DNA of 64,000 nucleotides from Candidatus Nanopelagicales bacterium (GTDB lineage: Bacteria; Actinomycetota; Actinomycetes; S36-B12). Position numbers and translations under genes: made by a program. A model generated the notes under the pieces. The model was not told the DNA's origin and did no database searches. It saw nothing but the letters and a program-made list of their open reading frames with translations. The stretch covers positions 86,025-150,024 of the forward strand of contig JBILLS010000002.1 of the NCBI GenBank assembly GCA_044375955.1, read 5' to 3'. Shown piece by piece: positions 1 through 8,628 of the stretch; the stretch's first letter is position 1; each line of letters begins with the position of its first letter.

Positions 1-446
1 GAGCCGCCACCATGGATCAGCACTGTTTCACCCGCGCGCACGTGGGCAAGCCGGAGGTTGCTCCACGCGGTGCATGCGACCTCGGGCAGCCCGGCCGCAG
101 TGACGATGTCGATTCCGTCCGGGACACCCATGATCTGGCCGACGGGCACTGCGACCTTGGTCGCGTAGCCACCACCGGCGAGAAGTGCGGTGACCCGTTC
201 ACCGATCCGATCGAGGGTGAGAGCTGGACCCACCGCCTGGATGGTGCCGGAGCATTCGAGACCGAGGATGTCCGATCCCCCCACCGGTGGCGGGTATTTG
301 CCCTGTCGCTGCAACAGGTCCGCACGGTTCACGGCGGTGGCCGTGACCTCGATGATCACCTCACTGGGACCGGGAGTGGGGTCGGGAACCCGCTCCCACT
401 GCATGACCTCGGGGCCCCCGAAGCCATGCAGGGTGATGGCCTGCAT
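1..446 (-). CDS. qor: NADPH:quinone oxidoreductase (zeta-crystallin / MDR superfamily), N-terminal 148 codons only; gene continues past left edge
   Basis: Own minus-strand translation from ATG 446..444: MQAITLHGFGGPEVMQWERVPDPTPGPSEVIIEVTATAVNRADLLQRQGKYPPPVGGSDILGLECSG... The frame is open-ended, so it is absent from the ORF track. The ATG shares one base with the upstream stop (TGATG). Confidence 0.75.
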   Translation of the reverse strand, partial: MQAITLHGFGGPEVMQWERVPDPTPGPSEVIIEVTATAVNRADLLQRQGKYPPPVGGSDILGLECSGTIQAVGPALTLDRIGERVTALLAGGGYATKVAVPVGQIMGVPDGIDIVTAAGLPEVACTAWSNLRLAHVRAGETVLIHGGG

Positions 447-1546
447 CAGTGGCCCTCGTCGCCGTTGCTCTGGATCACGACGATGCGGTCACCGCGCTCC
501 AACATTCGGATGTCCTCCGTGCCGAAACGGTGCGCCACACCGTTGCGGATGACCGCGAGGACGAGTTGGCCGCGGGCGTCGAGATCAGCGGTCGTGAGGC
601 CGAGCTCCTCCTTGGTGATCTCCCGTTCGACGACCTCCAGACCCCGCGTGGAGTCGAGCAGGTCCTCCATGATCTGGCCCGCGGTATGCGAGATGACGGA
701 GAGGCCCATGAGTCGACCCGCGGACTCCGCTGTGGGGATGACGTTGTTCGCCCCGGACTGGCGCAGGATCTGGGCGTTCTGCGATTCGCGGACCGCCGCG
801 ACGATGGTGCAACTCGGCTTGGCCAGACGTCGCGCCGTCAGGGTGACGAGCACGGATGTGTCGTCCTCATCGGTCGCGATGATCATGCGCCCGGCCTTCT
901 CGACGGCGGCGTCCTGCAGGATCTCCTCGCTACGTGCATCCCCGACGATCCCGACGAGTCCGTCGCGAGTGGCGAGTTCGACGGAGTCGCGATCCGGTGC
1001 GATCACGATGATGCTGGCCTTGGGGTAGCCGGCGTCGATGAGGGCGCGTGCCGCGGAGCGACCCTTCACTCCGTAGCCCACCACGATGGTGTGGTCTTCC
1101 ACGTGCTTCCTCCAATTGCGTGAGCGCCACTCCTGGCGAGTGCGTTGGGTGAGGACTTCGATAGTGGTCCCGACCAGCACGATGAGGAACAGGAACCTCA
1201 GCGGCGTTATCACCAGGACGTTGACGGCGCGTGACGACGCGCAGACCGGGACGATGTCGCCGTAGCCCGTCGTGGACAGTGACACCGTGGCGTAATAGAG
1301 AGCATCGAGTGGGGTGAGGGTTCCGACCTCACCACGATCCGCGTAGCAGTCGCGTTCCAGATAGACGATTACCGCGGTGGCGAACAGGGCAAAGAGTGCA
1401 ATGCCGACGCGGGTACCGATGTTGCGCACAGGGCCCCAGGCATGGCGCGCGAACATGAGGGTGCGCTTGCCATCGTCGGGGTTCGTGTCGAGGAAGCGTT
1501 CACTCCGCTCGCGCAGCGAGCGTCGTCGTTCAGTGGCCACGGGCAT
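446..1546 (-). CDS. Two-TM potassium channel with cytoplasmic RCK (TrkA-N/TrkA-C) domains
   Basis: 366-aa ORF with the K+ selectivity filter TTGYGD between two hydrophobic helices, the Rossmann motif VVGYGVKGRS, and a C-terminal RCK-C-like segment. Confidence 0.85.
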   Translation of the reverse strand: MPVATERRRSLRERSERFLDTNPDDGKRTLMFARHAWGPVRNIGTRVGIALFALFATAVIVYLERDCYADRGEVGTLTPLDALYYATVSLSTTGYGDIVPVCASSRAVNVLVITPLRFLFLIVLVGTTIEVLTQRTRQEWRSRNWRKHVEDHTIVVGYGVKGRSAARALIDAGYPKASIIVIAPDRDSVELATRDGLVGIVGDARSEEILQDAAVEKAGRMIIATDEDDTSVLVTLTARRLAKPSCTIVAAVRESQNAQILRQSGANNVIPTAESAGRLMGLSVISHTAGQIMEDLLDSTRGLEVVEREITKEELGLTTADLDARGQLVLAVIRNGVAHRFGTEDIRMLERGDRIVVIQSNGDEGH

Positions 1547-1572
1547 CCCTCGGGTGACGAATCCCCAGCAAT

Positions 1573-2838
1573 CTAGTCCTGATCGATCCCGACCGTGGGC
1601 TCGGGCGGACGTGGCGTGGTGGGGATCACGGGGATGACGTCACCCGGGGCACCGGCGCCCGGCGGGACCACCGCGATCGCATCCGCCGACGCCCACGCGG
1701 TCAGGGAGAAGGGGTCGCGCAGAACCGACGCGGTAGCCCCAGCGCGATCCCGATCGATACGCACGGGCACCAGCACCTCATCCGTCGGAGCATCACCCTC
1801 GGGAGCAGGTGTTGCCAGGACCGCAGTGCTGGTGGGCGGTGCATCGGCACCGGGGATCCCCCGCAGGGTGCCGATCAACGGCGGCGCGAGGGTGACCAGG
1901 CCCGCGAGGGCGTGCACGGGATCCCCGGAGAGTCCGAGGAGGAGCCTTCCGTCGGGCAATCGGACCAGCAGCGTCTCCGCCCCCGGGGTTGCGAGGACAC
2001 CGTCGATCAGCCAGTGGGCGCCGATGTCTCGGAGCACCTCGCGCAGCAGGTTCGCCGCCTCGGGGGTGGTGGATCCCGCAGTGATGATCAGGTCCGCCGT
2101 GGAGTCACCGATCTCCTCGATGAGGAATCGGGTGGACTCCGGTGCCCGCACCGCGGGATTCCCTCGCGCACCCAGCCGCCCGACGAATGCAGGGATGGTC
2201 AGTGCCAACGCGTCGCGGGGGCGGCCGTACCGGGGAAGGCCGTGCTCGAGAAGGTGCGCACCGAGGATGAGCGTCCCCACCACGGGTGGAGGGGTGATGG
2301 GAAGCCGGTCGTAGCCCAGCGACGCTGCGAGGGCGAGGAGCGGCGGGGTGATGGGGGTACCGGCCTCGAGGACCTGCGCGCCCGCCGTGCTGCCCGCACC
2401 CCGACGCACGATCCCTTCACCGAGGCGGGGACGTGCGCGTTCGTCAGGAATATCGGTGAGCGGGTCACGGGCGACGATGACCGTGTCACCGACGTCATTG
2501 ATGTTCGTCACGCACCGGGCGTGCGCGATCACGCTGTCACTGTGCGGGGGTGTCGGTTCCCCACGGATCACCGGGGTTGCGAAGTGCGAAGGGAGAGCGA
2601 CGTTGGGAGCGAGGTCGATCACCCGCCATGGGCCCTCACCACACAGGGCGTAGCCATCCACCGCCGCGACGTCCTCAGCGGGATCGTCCTGCAAAGTGAC
2701 GAGCGGTGCAGCGAGCAGATTCCCGTTGGCTTCGTCGAGACGCGCGGTCCTGGTGGGAAGGGGAGCTGCAGCCCTGACGGCGACCTGGCGTGCCTGGTGC
2801 CAGGTCAGCAGACCGTCGAGGCCGAGGCTTCCCTCCAC
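1573..2838 (-). CDS. MoeA-like (molybdopterin molybdenumtransferase family) protein, divergent
   Basis: ORF 1573..2913 carries the MoeA N-domain signature AAVDGYALCGEGPW and has MoeA-like length and layout. GTG 2838 (VEGSLGLDGLL) is the first start after the upstream stop at 2843. The MoCF TGG(V/T)S motif is degenerate (ITAGSTT). Confidence 0.6.
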   Translation of the reverse strand: MEGSLGLDGLLTWHQARQVAVRAAAPLPTRTARLDEANGNLLAAPLVTLQDDPAEDVAAVDGYALCGEGPWRVIDLAPNVALPSHFATPVIRGEPTPPHSDSVIAHARCVTNINDVGDTVIVARDPLTDIPDERARPRLGEGIVRRGAGSTAGAQVLEAGTPITPPLLALAASLGYDRLPITPPPVVGTLILGAHLLEHGLPRYGRPRDALALTIPAFVGRLGARGNPAVRAPESTRFLIEEIGDSTADLIITAGSTTPEAANLLREVLRDIGAHWLIDGVLATPGAETLLVRLPDGRLLLGLSGDPVHALAGLVTLAPPLIGTLRGIPGADAPPTSTAVLATPAPEGDAPTDEVLVPVRIDRDRAGATASVLRDPFSLTAWASADAIAVVPPGAGAPGDVIPVIPTTPRPPEPTVGIDQD

Positions 2839-2842
2839 TCGA

Positions 2843-3427
2843 TCATGCTGACACGAGCTCCTTGGTCGGTGCGGGTGCCGCGCTGCGTCGACGTTGGGGT
2901 GGCACGAATCCACGTGCGATCAGCAGGAAGACGATCACCGCGGATGCTGCGATCAGCATTGCGATCGACCACTCCGAAAGCGCATCGGTCCCGGCCAGGA
3001 CGTAGTGCGCGGTTGCGAAGGGCCACGCCGCGTAGGCGATGAGGTGACTGCGCTTGAAAAGCATGGCACCCCTCTTACCGAGTTTCTGGCGCAGCCGACC
3101 GATGGCGCTCACCGGGATCATCAACCAGAGTGCGATGGTGCCGAGCGCGACCGCGAGCGGTTCCCACGGAGCGATACCGGGAATGAGCATCTGCGGGATG
3201 GTGAACCGGATCTCGGGGTCGATCAGGAGCAAGCCCATATGCACTGCCAGGAAACCGAGCGCGAGGGCCCCGAGCCAACGGTGCATGTTCAGCAGCCGGG
3301 CAGGACTCGCGTCAGGCAGCAAGCGCGTGCGCAGCAGCAGGCCCCAGACGATCACGGCGGTCAGCAGTCCCCACGCTGTGATGCCAGAAGCGCGGATGCC
3401 GAACCAGGTCCAGGCGATGTCATTCAT
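2843..3427 (-). CDS. Ferric-reductase-domain (MsrQ/YedZ-like) bis-heme membrane protein
   Basis: Start chosen at MNDIAW (ATG 3427), which overlaps the ApbE stop by 8 nt. About six TM helices. His pairs H-x13-H (HRWLGALALGFLAVH) and H-x12-H (HLIAYAAWPFATAH) are typical of FRD cytochrome b. Confidence 0.75.
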   Translation of the reverse strand: MNDIAWTWFGIRASGITAWGLLTAVIVWGLLLRTRLLPDASPARLLNMHRWLGALALGFLAVHMGLLLIDPEIRFTIPQMLIPGIAPWEPLAVALGTIALWLMIPVSAIGRLRQKLGKRGAMLFKRSHLIAYAAWPFATAHYVLAGTDALSEWSIAMLIAASAVIVFLLIARGFVPPQRRRSAAPAPTKELVSA

Positions 3428-4334
3428 GTGCGGACTCCGATAGGTGAAGGGTCTGTGTGGACGACATGGGGTGCAGTGCAATACCGGTGACGTTGTGCCG
3501 GGCAAACACATGCTCGGGATCGCGATCCAGTAGAGCGGCGGTTGCGATGACCTCGGCGTCGGCGCCCGTGGGAGCCACGACGGTGACCTGGACCGCACCG
3601 GTATCGGCGATCGCCCCGGTCACCGGGTCGATCACGTGGTGACGGGTGCCGGCCCACCTTCGGCGCAGCACCGAGGACGTCGCTATCCCGGCGTGTTCGT
3701 CGGTGATCTCGAAGGTGTGCACCACGGTGTCGGGTGTGCGCTCGTCGGTCACGGCGATGCGCCAGGTGTCGGTCCCGGGGCGGCCACGCACCACGATGTC
3801 CCCACCGAGATCGACCAGGATGCCCGTGGCGCCGGTAGCGTGGATCTCACGGGCGACGATGTCTGCGGCCAGGCCCTTACCGATCGCACCCGGATCGAGC
3901 TCGATCCCCGAGGGAAGTTCCACCGTGCAGCCATCGATCACCACGCCCCCCATTCCCGGTGCGGGCTGCGGGAACACCTGGGCGCTGTAGTCGCGGGATA
4001 TGACGTCGGAGAAGGTGACGTCGTACCCCCAGGTGCGCATCGCGGTGCCGACTGTCGGATCGAAAGCACCCGTGGTGATTTCCCACGCGCGCTTCATCGC
4101 CACCACGAGGGTGGACAGATCCTCAGACACCTCGAGCGGACCCTGGCCCGCACGTGCGTTGAGCAGTGAGAGTTCGCTCGTAGCGCGGAAACGCGACCAG
4201 CACTGCTCCAGGATCTCCACCCGCGTGCGTGCCAACTGCGCGAGCTTCTCTGCCTGTGCAGGTGCCCACACTTCGATCGCGCAGTCGGTACCCATCGCGC
4301 GGAAATCGATCCGTGCCGTGGTGGCGGTATCCAT
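3420..4334 (-). CDS. apbE: FAD:protein FMN transferase (ApbE family)
   Basis: 304-aa ORF. The N-terminus F.AMGT (RIDFRAMGTDCAIEV) and overall ApbE-like sequence (GAFDPTVG, AIGKGLAAD, ATSSV..R) fit the family. No signal peptide is visible. Confidence 0.85.
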   Translation of the reverse strand: MDTATTARIDFRAMGTDCAIEVWAPAQAEKLAQLARTRVEILEQCWSRFRATSELSLLNARAGQGPLEVSEDLSTLVVAMKRAWEITTGAFDPTVGTAMRTWGYDVTFSDVISRDYSAQVFPQPAPGMGGVVIDGCTVELPSGIELDPGAIGKGLAADIVAREIHATGATGILVDLGGDIVVRGRPGTDTWRIAVTDERTPDTVVHTFEITDEHAGIATSSVLRRRWAGTRHHVIDPVTGAIADTGAVQVTVVAPTGADAEVIATAALLDRDPEHVFARHNVTGIALHPMSSTQTLHLSESAHE

Positions 4335-4335
4335 C

Positions 4336-4746
4336 TCAGCTACTCCGAGTCTTTGCCTGGGGAGCGGCCTGCAGTTGCGGTGCCGCCTGTGGTCGGGGAA
4401 CGAGGTTCTTGCGCTTCTTTACCTGCTGGATGGCTACCTTCTGATCGCGTCCGGTGGATCCAGCGGCCGCCTGAAGTTGGTGCGCAGCCTCGGTCAATTG
4501 GACGTGGTAGTTCTCGAGTTGCGCGCTCTGCGCATCGAGGGCGTTGGCGTACGCGTCCAGGTCGGCCCTGGTGAGTCCGGAACTCGAAGTCACCTCGTCA
4601 GCCGGCGGCGTCGCTGTCGCGGAAGCGTCCGTGATGGTCCGCACACCGACGAGTCCCACCAATCCCAGACAGGTGGCACCGGCGAGGCCGATCGACCATG
4701 CCTTATCCGCAGCTCCTCCACGGGTCTTGGGCTTAGTCATCGTCAT
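4336..4746 (-). CDS. Hypothetical membrane-anchored coiled-coil protein
   Basis: 136-aa ORF with one N-terminal TM (AWSIGLAGATCLGLVGLVGV), a helical Q/A-rich middle and a basic tail containing the QAAPQLQAAPQA repeat. It is packed between the PepSY and ApbE genes (14-nt overlap upstream, 1-nt gap downstream). Confidence 0.5.
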   Translation of the reverse strand: MTMTKPKTRGGAADKAWSIGLAGATCLGLVGLVGVRTITDASATATPPADEVTSSSGLTRADLDAYANALDAQSAQLENYHVQLTEAAHQLQAAAGSTGRDQKVAIQQVKKRKNLVPRPQAAPQLQAAPQAKTRSS

Positions 4747-5269
4747 CGTCTCCTTCGTGCTCTTCCTCGTGCTCGTCCGACTCGTCGTCGTATTCGTCGT
4801 CTGCGTATGCGGGTGCTGCGGGTGCTTCCTTGTTCACGCGCCAGTCATAGATGACCCCTGATCCGCTCTCCACCATTCCGGTGATGATCGAGCCATCTGC
4901 CCGCTGCACCCGGACCGCGTAGGCCTCATAGCCGGAGTGCGTGGTCTTGGCCGTCTTGAGCACGGTGCCACCTGTCGCGGCCGCGACCAGATCGGCGGCC
5001 TGAGCCCGAGTGATCCCGGGCGTCACCACCATCGTGGACTCGTCGGCAGTGGGGACGACGATCGTGGGCAGTGCATCCGCATCCGGCATCACAAGCGCGG
5101 TTGGCTGGATCAGCTGCGTGCTCGCCGCAGGTGCGACGACCGTCAGGGTCGTATCGTCCGCCTCGGTCCAACTGGTTGCGGCATTCACCACCGCGACACC
5201 GGCGATTGTGCCCGTGATGAGCACGCCGGCTGATGCTGCGGCCACCGCTATGGCGTTACGTCGTTCCAT
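4733..5269 (-). CDS. Membrane-anchored PepSY-domain protein with poly-acidic C-terminal tail
   Basis: Start at MERRNAIAV (ATG 5269, preceded by GAGGGAGA). TM anchor, then the PepSY-like segment ITRAQAADLVAAATGGTVLKTAKTTHSGYEAYAVRVQRADGSIITGMVESGSGVIYDW, then the tail DDEYDDESDEHEEEHEGDDDDD. Confidence 0.7.
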   Translation of the reverse strand: MERRNAIAVAAASAGVLITGTIAGVAVVNAATSWTEADDTTLTVVAPAASTQLIQPTALVMPDADALPTIVVPTADESTMVVTPGITRAQAADLVAAATGGTVLKTAKTTHSGYEAYAVRVQRADGSIITGMVESGSGVIYDWRVNKEAPAAPAYADDEYDDESDEHEEEHEGDDDDD

Positions 5270-5406
5270 GGTCTCCCTCTCGTTGTTCACCAAGGTAGAT
5301 CGGCGCTTCTCGAGCGAGGACAAGGCGAGGTAAAGGCACGGTAAGGAGATGGGGATCGCACTCCTGCGTGGGTTGTGGCCTCCACGGAGCATGACACCAT
5401 TGGCGC

Positions 5407-6060
5407 GTGAAGGCGCTGGTGGTCGAGGATGATCCCGCCGTTGCCGAGCCCCTCATCCAGGGTCTGCGGCGTAATGGCATCGAGGTCGACCACGTGGTGT
5501 ACGCAAGTCAGGTTCTCGCTGCGAGCGCGGGGGCCGATGTCGTCATCCTGGATCTCGGCCTACCCGATGGCGAGGGTCTCGATGTGTTGCGCGAGCTTCG
5601 CAAACATGCGGATATTCCAGTCATCATCGCCACCGCTCGCGGTGATGAGACGGACCGCATCATCGGGCTGGAACTCGGTGCCGATGACTACGTGGTCAAG
5701 CCGTTCAGTGTGCGGGAGCTGGCCGCCAGGATTCGCGCCGTCGCGCGCCGTCGTCGAGTAGATCCACCGACCGACACGGGTCGCCTGGTGATCGACCGTT
5801 CACAAAGGCGCGTGACGCTCGACGGGAAGGAAATCGACCTGACCGCAAAGGAGTTCGACCTCCTCGCCGTGCTTGCGGAGGAACCGGGACGTGCCGTACC
5901 CCGGCAGGAATTGTTCTCGCGGGTCTGGGATCCGGTCTGGATCGGCACCGGTAAGACACTCGATGTGCATGTTGCTTCACTGCGCAAGAAACTCGGGGAC
6001 GCGTCCTTGGTCGAGACGGTGCGGGGAGTGGGTTATCGGCTCTCCGTGGGAGATGCATGA
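5407..6060 (+). CDS. OmpR/PhoB-family response regulator
   Basis: 217-aa ORF with a receiver domain (VVILDLGLPDG, ADDYVVKPF) and a winged-helix output (LTAKEFDLL, VHVASLRKKL, GVGYRL). Confidence 0.9.
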   Translation: MKALVVEDDPAVAEPLIQGLRRNGIEVDHVVYASQVLAASAGADVVILDLGLPDGEGLDVLRELRKHADIPVIIATARGDETDRIIGLELGADDYVVKPFSVRELAARIRAVARRRRVDPPTDTGRLVIDRSQRRVTLDGKEIDLTAKEFDLLAVLAEEPGRAVPRQELFSRVWDPVWIGTGKTLDVHVASLRKKLGDASLVETVRGVGYRLSVGDA

Positions 6061-7421
6061 CCCGACGACTCGTCATCGCCATGACCATCCTCGTGGCCGT
6101 GACCGCGATCGCACTCGCCATCCCCATGGCGCTGGTGGTGTCCAACGACCAGCGCGCAGCTTTTGTCTCGGAACTCGAGGTAGACACCATCGCCACCGCC
6201 TCATTGATGTCATCCCAGCCGAGCGTGGATTGGCAGGCCACCGCCGAGATGGAAGCTGCGCGCATCGAAGGGCGCGTCATCGTCGTGGATGCCGATCGCA
6301 ACCTTGTAGCCGATAGCAGTGACAGTGGTCTCGATCGCACTTTCGATCGGCCGGAGATCGATGCTGCACTCTCGGGCGACCTCGCATCGGATGTCCGCTT
6401 TTCCCAGACCCTGGCGTCGGAGTTGCGCTACGTGGCGGCCCCGATCGTGCAGAACTTCCAGGTGGTCGGTGCTGTCCGTCTCTCCCTCTCCGAGAGCGAA
6501 GTTGATCGACAGATTCGGACCACACAGGCATGGCTTGCGGCGTTCGTGGTGGGCGTAGTCATCGCTGCTGGTCTCGTCGCGTGGTTGTTGTCCCGCTCCA
6601 TCGCTGCGCCGTTGACCAGACTCGCGGTGGTCGCGGGGAATCTGCCCAACGACTTGGATCTGCGCGCAAGCGAGACGGATGGACCGAAGGAAGTGCGCGA
6701 TGTAGCCGCGTCACTCAACTCCACCGCCGCGAAACTTGCCGGAATCATTGATCGGACCGAGCGGGTTGCCGCGGATGCATCGCATCACCTGCGCACACCA
6801 CTCACCGGACTACGCCTGCGCCTCGAGGCTATCGCCGATACCGCCTCCGACCAGGGCGTACACGATGAGGCGGAGCTTGCGATCGGTGAAGTGGACAGAC
6901 TCACCAGGCGTATCGATCAGGTCCTCGCCTTAGCGCGGACCGACGCGGGTGATAGTCGACGCTTCCCGGTCGACCTTGCCGAGATTGCTCAACATCGCTC
7001 TGAGGCTGCCGCGCCCATTGCCGAAGAGTCCGGGATACGCATCGATGTCGAGTCGGCAGGTGAGTGCAGCATCTCCGCGCCGGCGGGAATACCGGCTCGC
7101 ATCGTCGATGAATTGCTGGGAAATGCGCTGTCCTATGCGCGATCGCGCATCGCGATTTCCGTGTCGCGCGAGGGCACGGCGGTGGTGATGCAGGTCGCTG
7201 ATGACGGTCCGGGAATCCCCGATACGGAAACGGAACGAGTGTTCGCCAGATTCCATCGTGCCCCGGGAGCGATACCCGGAGGCTCGGGCCTGGGCCTCGC
7301 ACTGGTGCGCGAGACGGTCGAAGCGCTAGGGGGGAGTGCCTCCGCCGGGCGGTCGGATATGGGCGGTGCGTTGGTGACCGTCCGGTTGCCGGCGTTCGAC
7401 TCACCTATCCTCGACGGGTGA
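6057..7421 (+). CDS. Sensor histidine kinase (two TM, HAMP, HisKA, HATPase_c)
   Basis: 454-aa ORF with the H-box ADASHHLRTPLTGL, N-box LLGNALSYA, G-boxes DDGPGIP and GGSGLGLALV. Its start overlaps the response regulator stop (ATGA). Confidence 0.9.
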   Translation: MTRRLVIAMTILVAVTAIALAIPMALVVSNDQRAAFVSELEVDTIATASLMSSQPSVDWQATAEMEAARIEGRVIVVDADRNLVADSSDSGLDRTFDRPEIDAALSGDLASDVRFSQTLASELRYVAAPIVQNFQVVGAVRLSLSESEVDRQIRTTQAWLAAFVVGVVIAAGLVAWLLSRSIAAPLTRLAVVAGNLPNDLDLRASETDGPKEVRDVAASLNSTAAKLAGIIDRTERVAADASHHLRTPLTGLRLRLEAIADTASDQGVHDEAELAIGEVDRLTRRIDQVLALARTDAGDSRRFPVDLAEIAQHRSEAAAPIAEESGIRIDVESAGECSISAPAGIPARIVDELLGNALSYARSRIAISVSREGTAVVMQVADDGPGIPDTETERVFARFHRAPGAIPGGSGLGLALVRETVEALGGSASAGRSDMGGALVTVRLPAFDSPILDG

Positions 7422-8614
7422 CTCCGACCGTCGATCTCGCCGTGATCGGTGGCGGTGTTGTGGGAATGGCCCTCGCGGATGCCTGGTTGGCACGCAATCC
7501 CGGGGATCGGGTCGTGGTCTACGACAAGGAGAAGCACTTCGCAGCCCATGCCTCCGGGCGCAATAGCGGGGTGTTGCACGCCGGCTTCTACTACGCCCCC
7601 GATTCCCTGAAGGCACGGCTGACCCGTGACGGGAATCGCATGCTGCGTGAGTTCTGCCTCGAGCGGGGTGTTCCCCTACGCGAGACCGGCAAGGTGGTGG
7701 TGACCACGTCCGAAGACCAACTACCGGCCCTCGACACCCTGTTCGAGCGTGGCCGTGCCAACGGAGTGACCCTGGAGATGACCGACGAGGCCGGGATCCG
7801 TGAACTCGAGCCCATGGCGCGGACGGTGGGACGGGGCCTGTGGTCGCCGAACACGGCCGTGTCCTCACCTGCAGGCGTGGTCGTTGCGCTGGCCCAGCGG
7901 GTGCAGGAGCGTGGTGGGCGCGTGGTCCTCGACTCCGCAGTCACCGGAGCTGCCCCCGGGTGGGTGATGTCGGCGACGGAAGGGCGGGTGAGCGCCGGGC
8001 ACGTGATCAATGCGGCGGGGCTCCACGCGGACACCGTGGCGCACTGGTTCGGCTTTGGTCGCGACTACCGGATGCTGCCCTTCAAAGGCCTGTACTGGTA
8101 CGGCTCCTGGGAGCCGGGTCGATTGCAGAGGCATGTGTATCCCGTGCCGGATGCGCGCAATCCCTTCCTCGGTGTGCACCTGACCGTGACCGTGGACGGA
8201 CGCGCGAAGATCGGACCGACCGCCATCCCGGCGTTGTGGCGTGAGGACTACGGCGGCGTGAAGGGAATGCGTGGCCGCGAAGTCTGGGATGTACTGCGCA
8301 CCTACCCCAGGTTCCTGCGCAGCCCGCACCACGACGTGCCCGGACTGGTGCGCACCGAGATGCCGAAGTACTCACGTAAGCATCTCGTCTCCCAGGCAGC
8401 CGCCCTCGTACCGAGTGTGCGTCCCGAGGACTTCACGATCAAGGGGCATCCGGGTGTGCGGGCGCAACTGCTGCACGTGCCCACGGGAAAACTCGAGATG
8501 GACTTCGTGGTGGAGGGCGATGAGCGCTCCACACACATGCTCAATGCGGTCTCACCCGCGTGGACGAGCTCGCTTGCGGTTGCCGACTACGTGGTCGCTC
8601 GCATCGTGCGCTGA
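7418..8614 (+). CDS. lhgO: FAD-dependent L-2-hydroxyglutarate oxidase-like oxidoreductase
   Basis: 398-aa ORF with the dinucleotide fold VIGGGVVGMA and ASGRNSGVLHAGFYYAPDSLKA, which is typical of LhgO/DAO-family proteins. Its GTG overlaps the kinase stop (GTGA). Confidence 0.7.
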   Translation: MTPTVDLAVIGGGVVGMALADAWLARNPGDRVVVYDKEKHFAAHASGRNSGVLHAGFYYAPDSLKARLTRDGNRMLREFCLERGVPLRETGKVVVTTSEDQLPALDTLFERGRANGVTLEMTDEAGIRELEPMARTVGRGLWSPNTAVSSPAGVVVALAQRVQERGGRVVLDSAVTGAAPGWVMSATEGRVSAGHVINAAGLHADTVAHWFGFGRDYRMLPFKGLYWYGSWEPGRLQRHVYPVPDARNPFLGVHLTVTVDGRAKIGPTAIPALWREDYGGVKGMRGREVWDVLRTYPRFLRSPHHDVPGLVRTEMPKYSRKHLVSQAAALVPSVRPEDFTIKGHPGVRAQLLHVPTGKLEMDFVVEGDERSTHMLNAVSPAWTSSLAVADYVVARIVR

Positions 8615-8628
8615 TCGACCGCGACCGA

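Noticed and set aside
12-1028. 338-aa plus-strand ORF covering the left edge
   Set aside because: It is Arg/Ser/Pro-rich with no motifs. It lies antisense to two well-supported minus-strand genes (the TTGYGD/RCK potassium channel and the Qor N-terminus). This is a typical high-GC shadow ORF.
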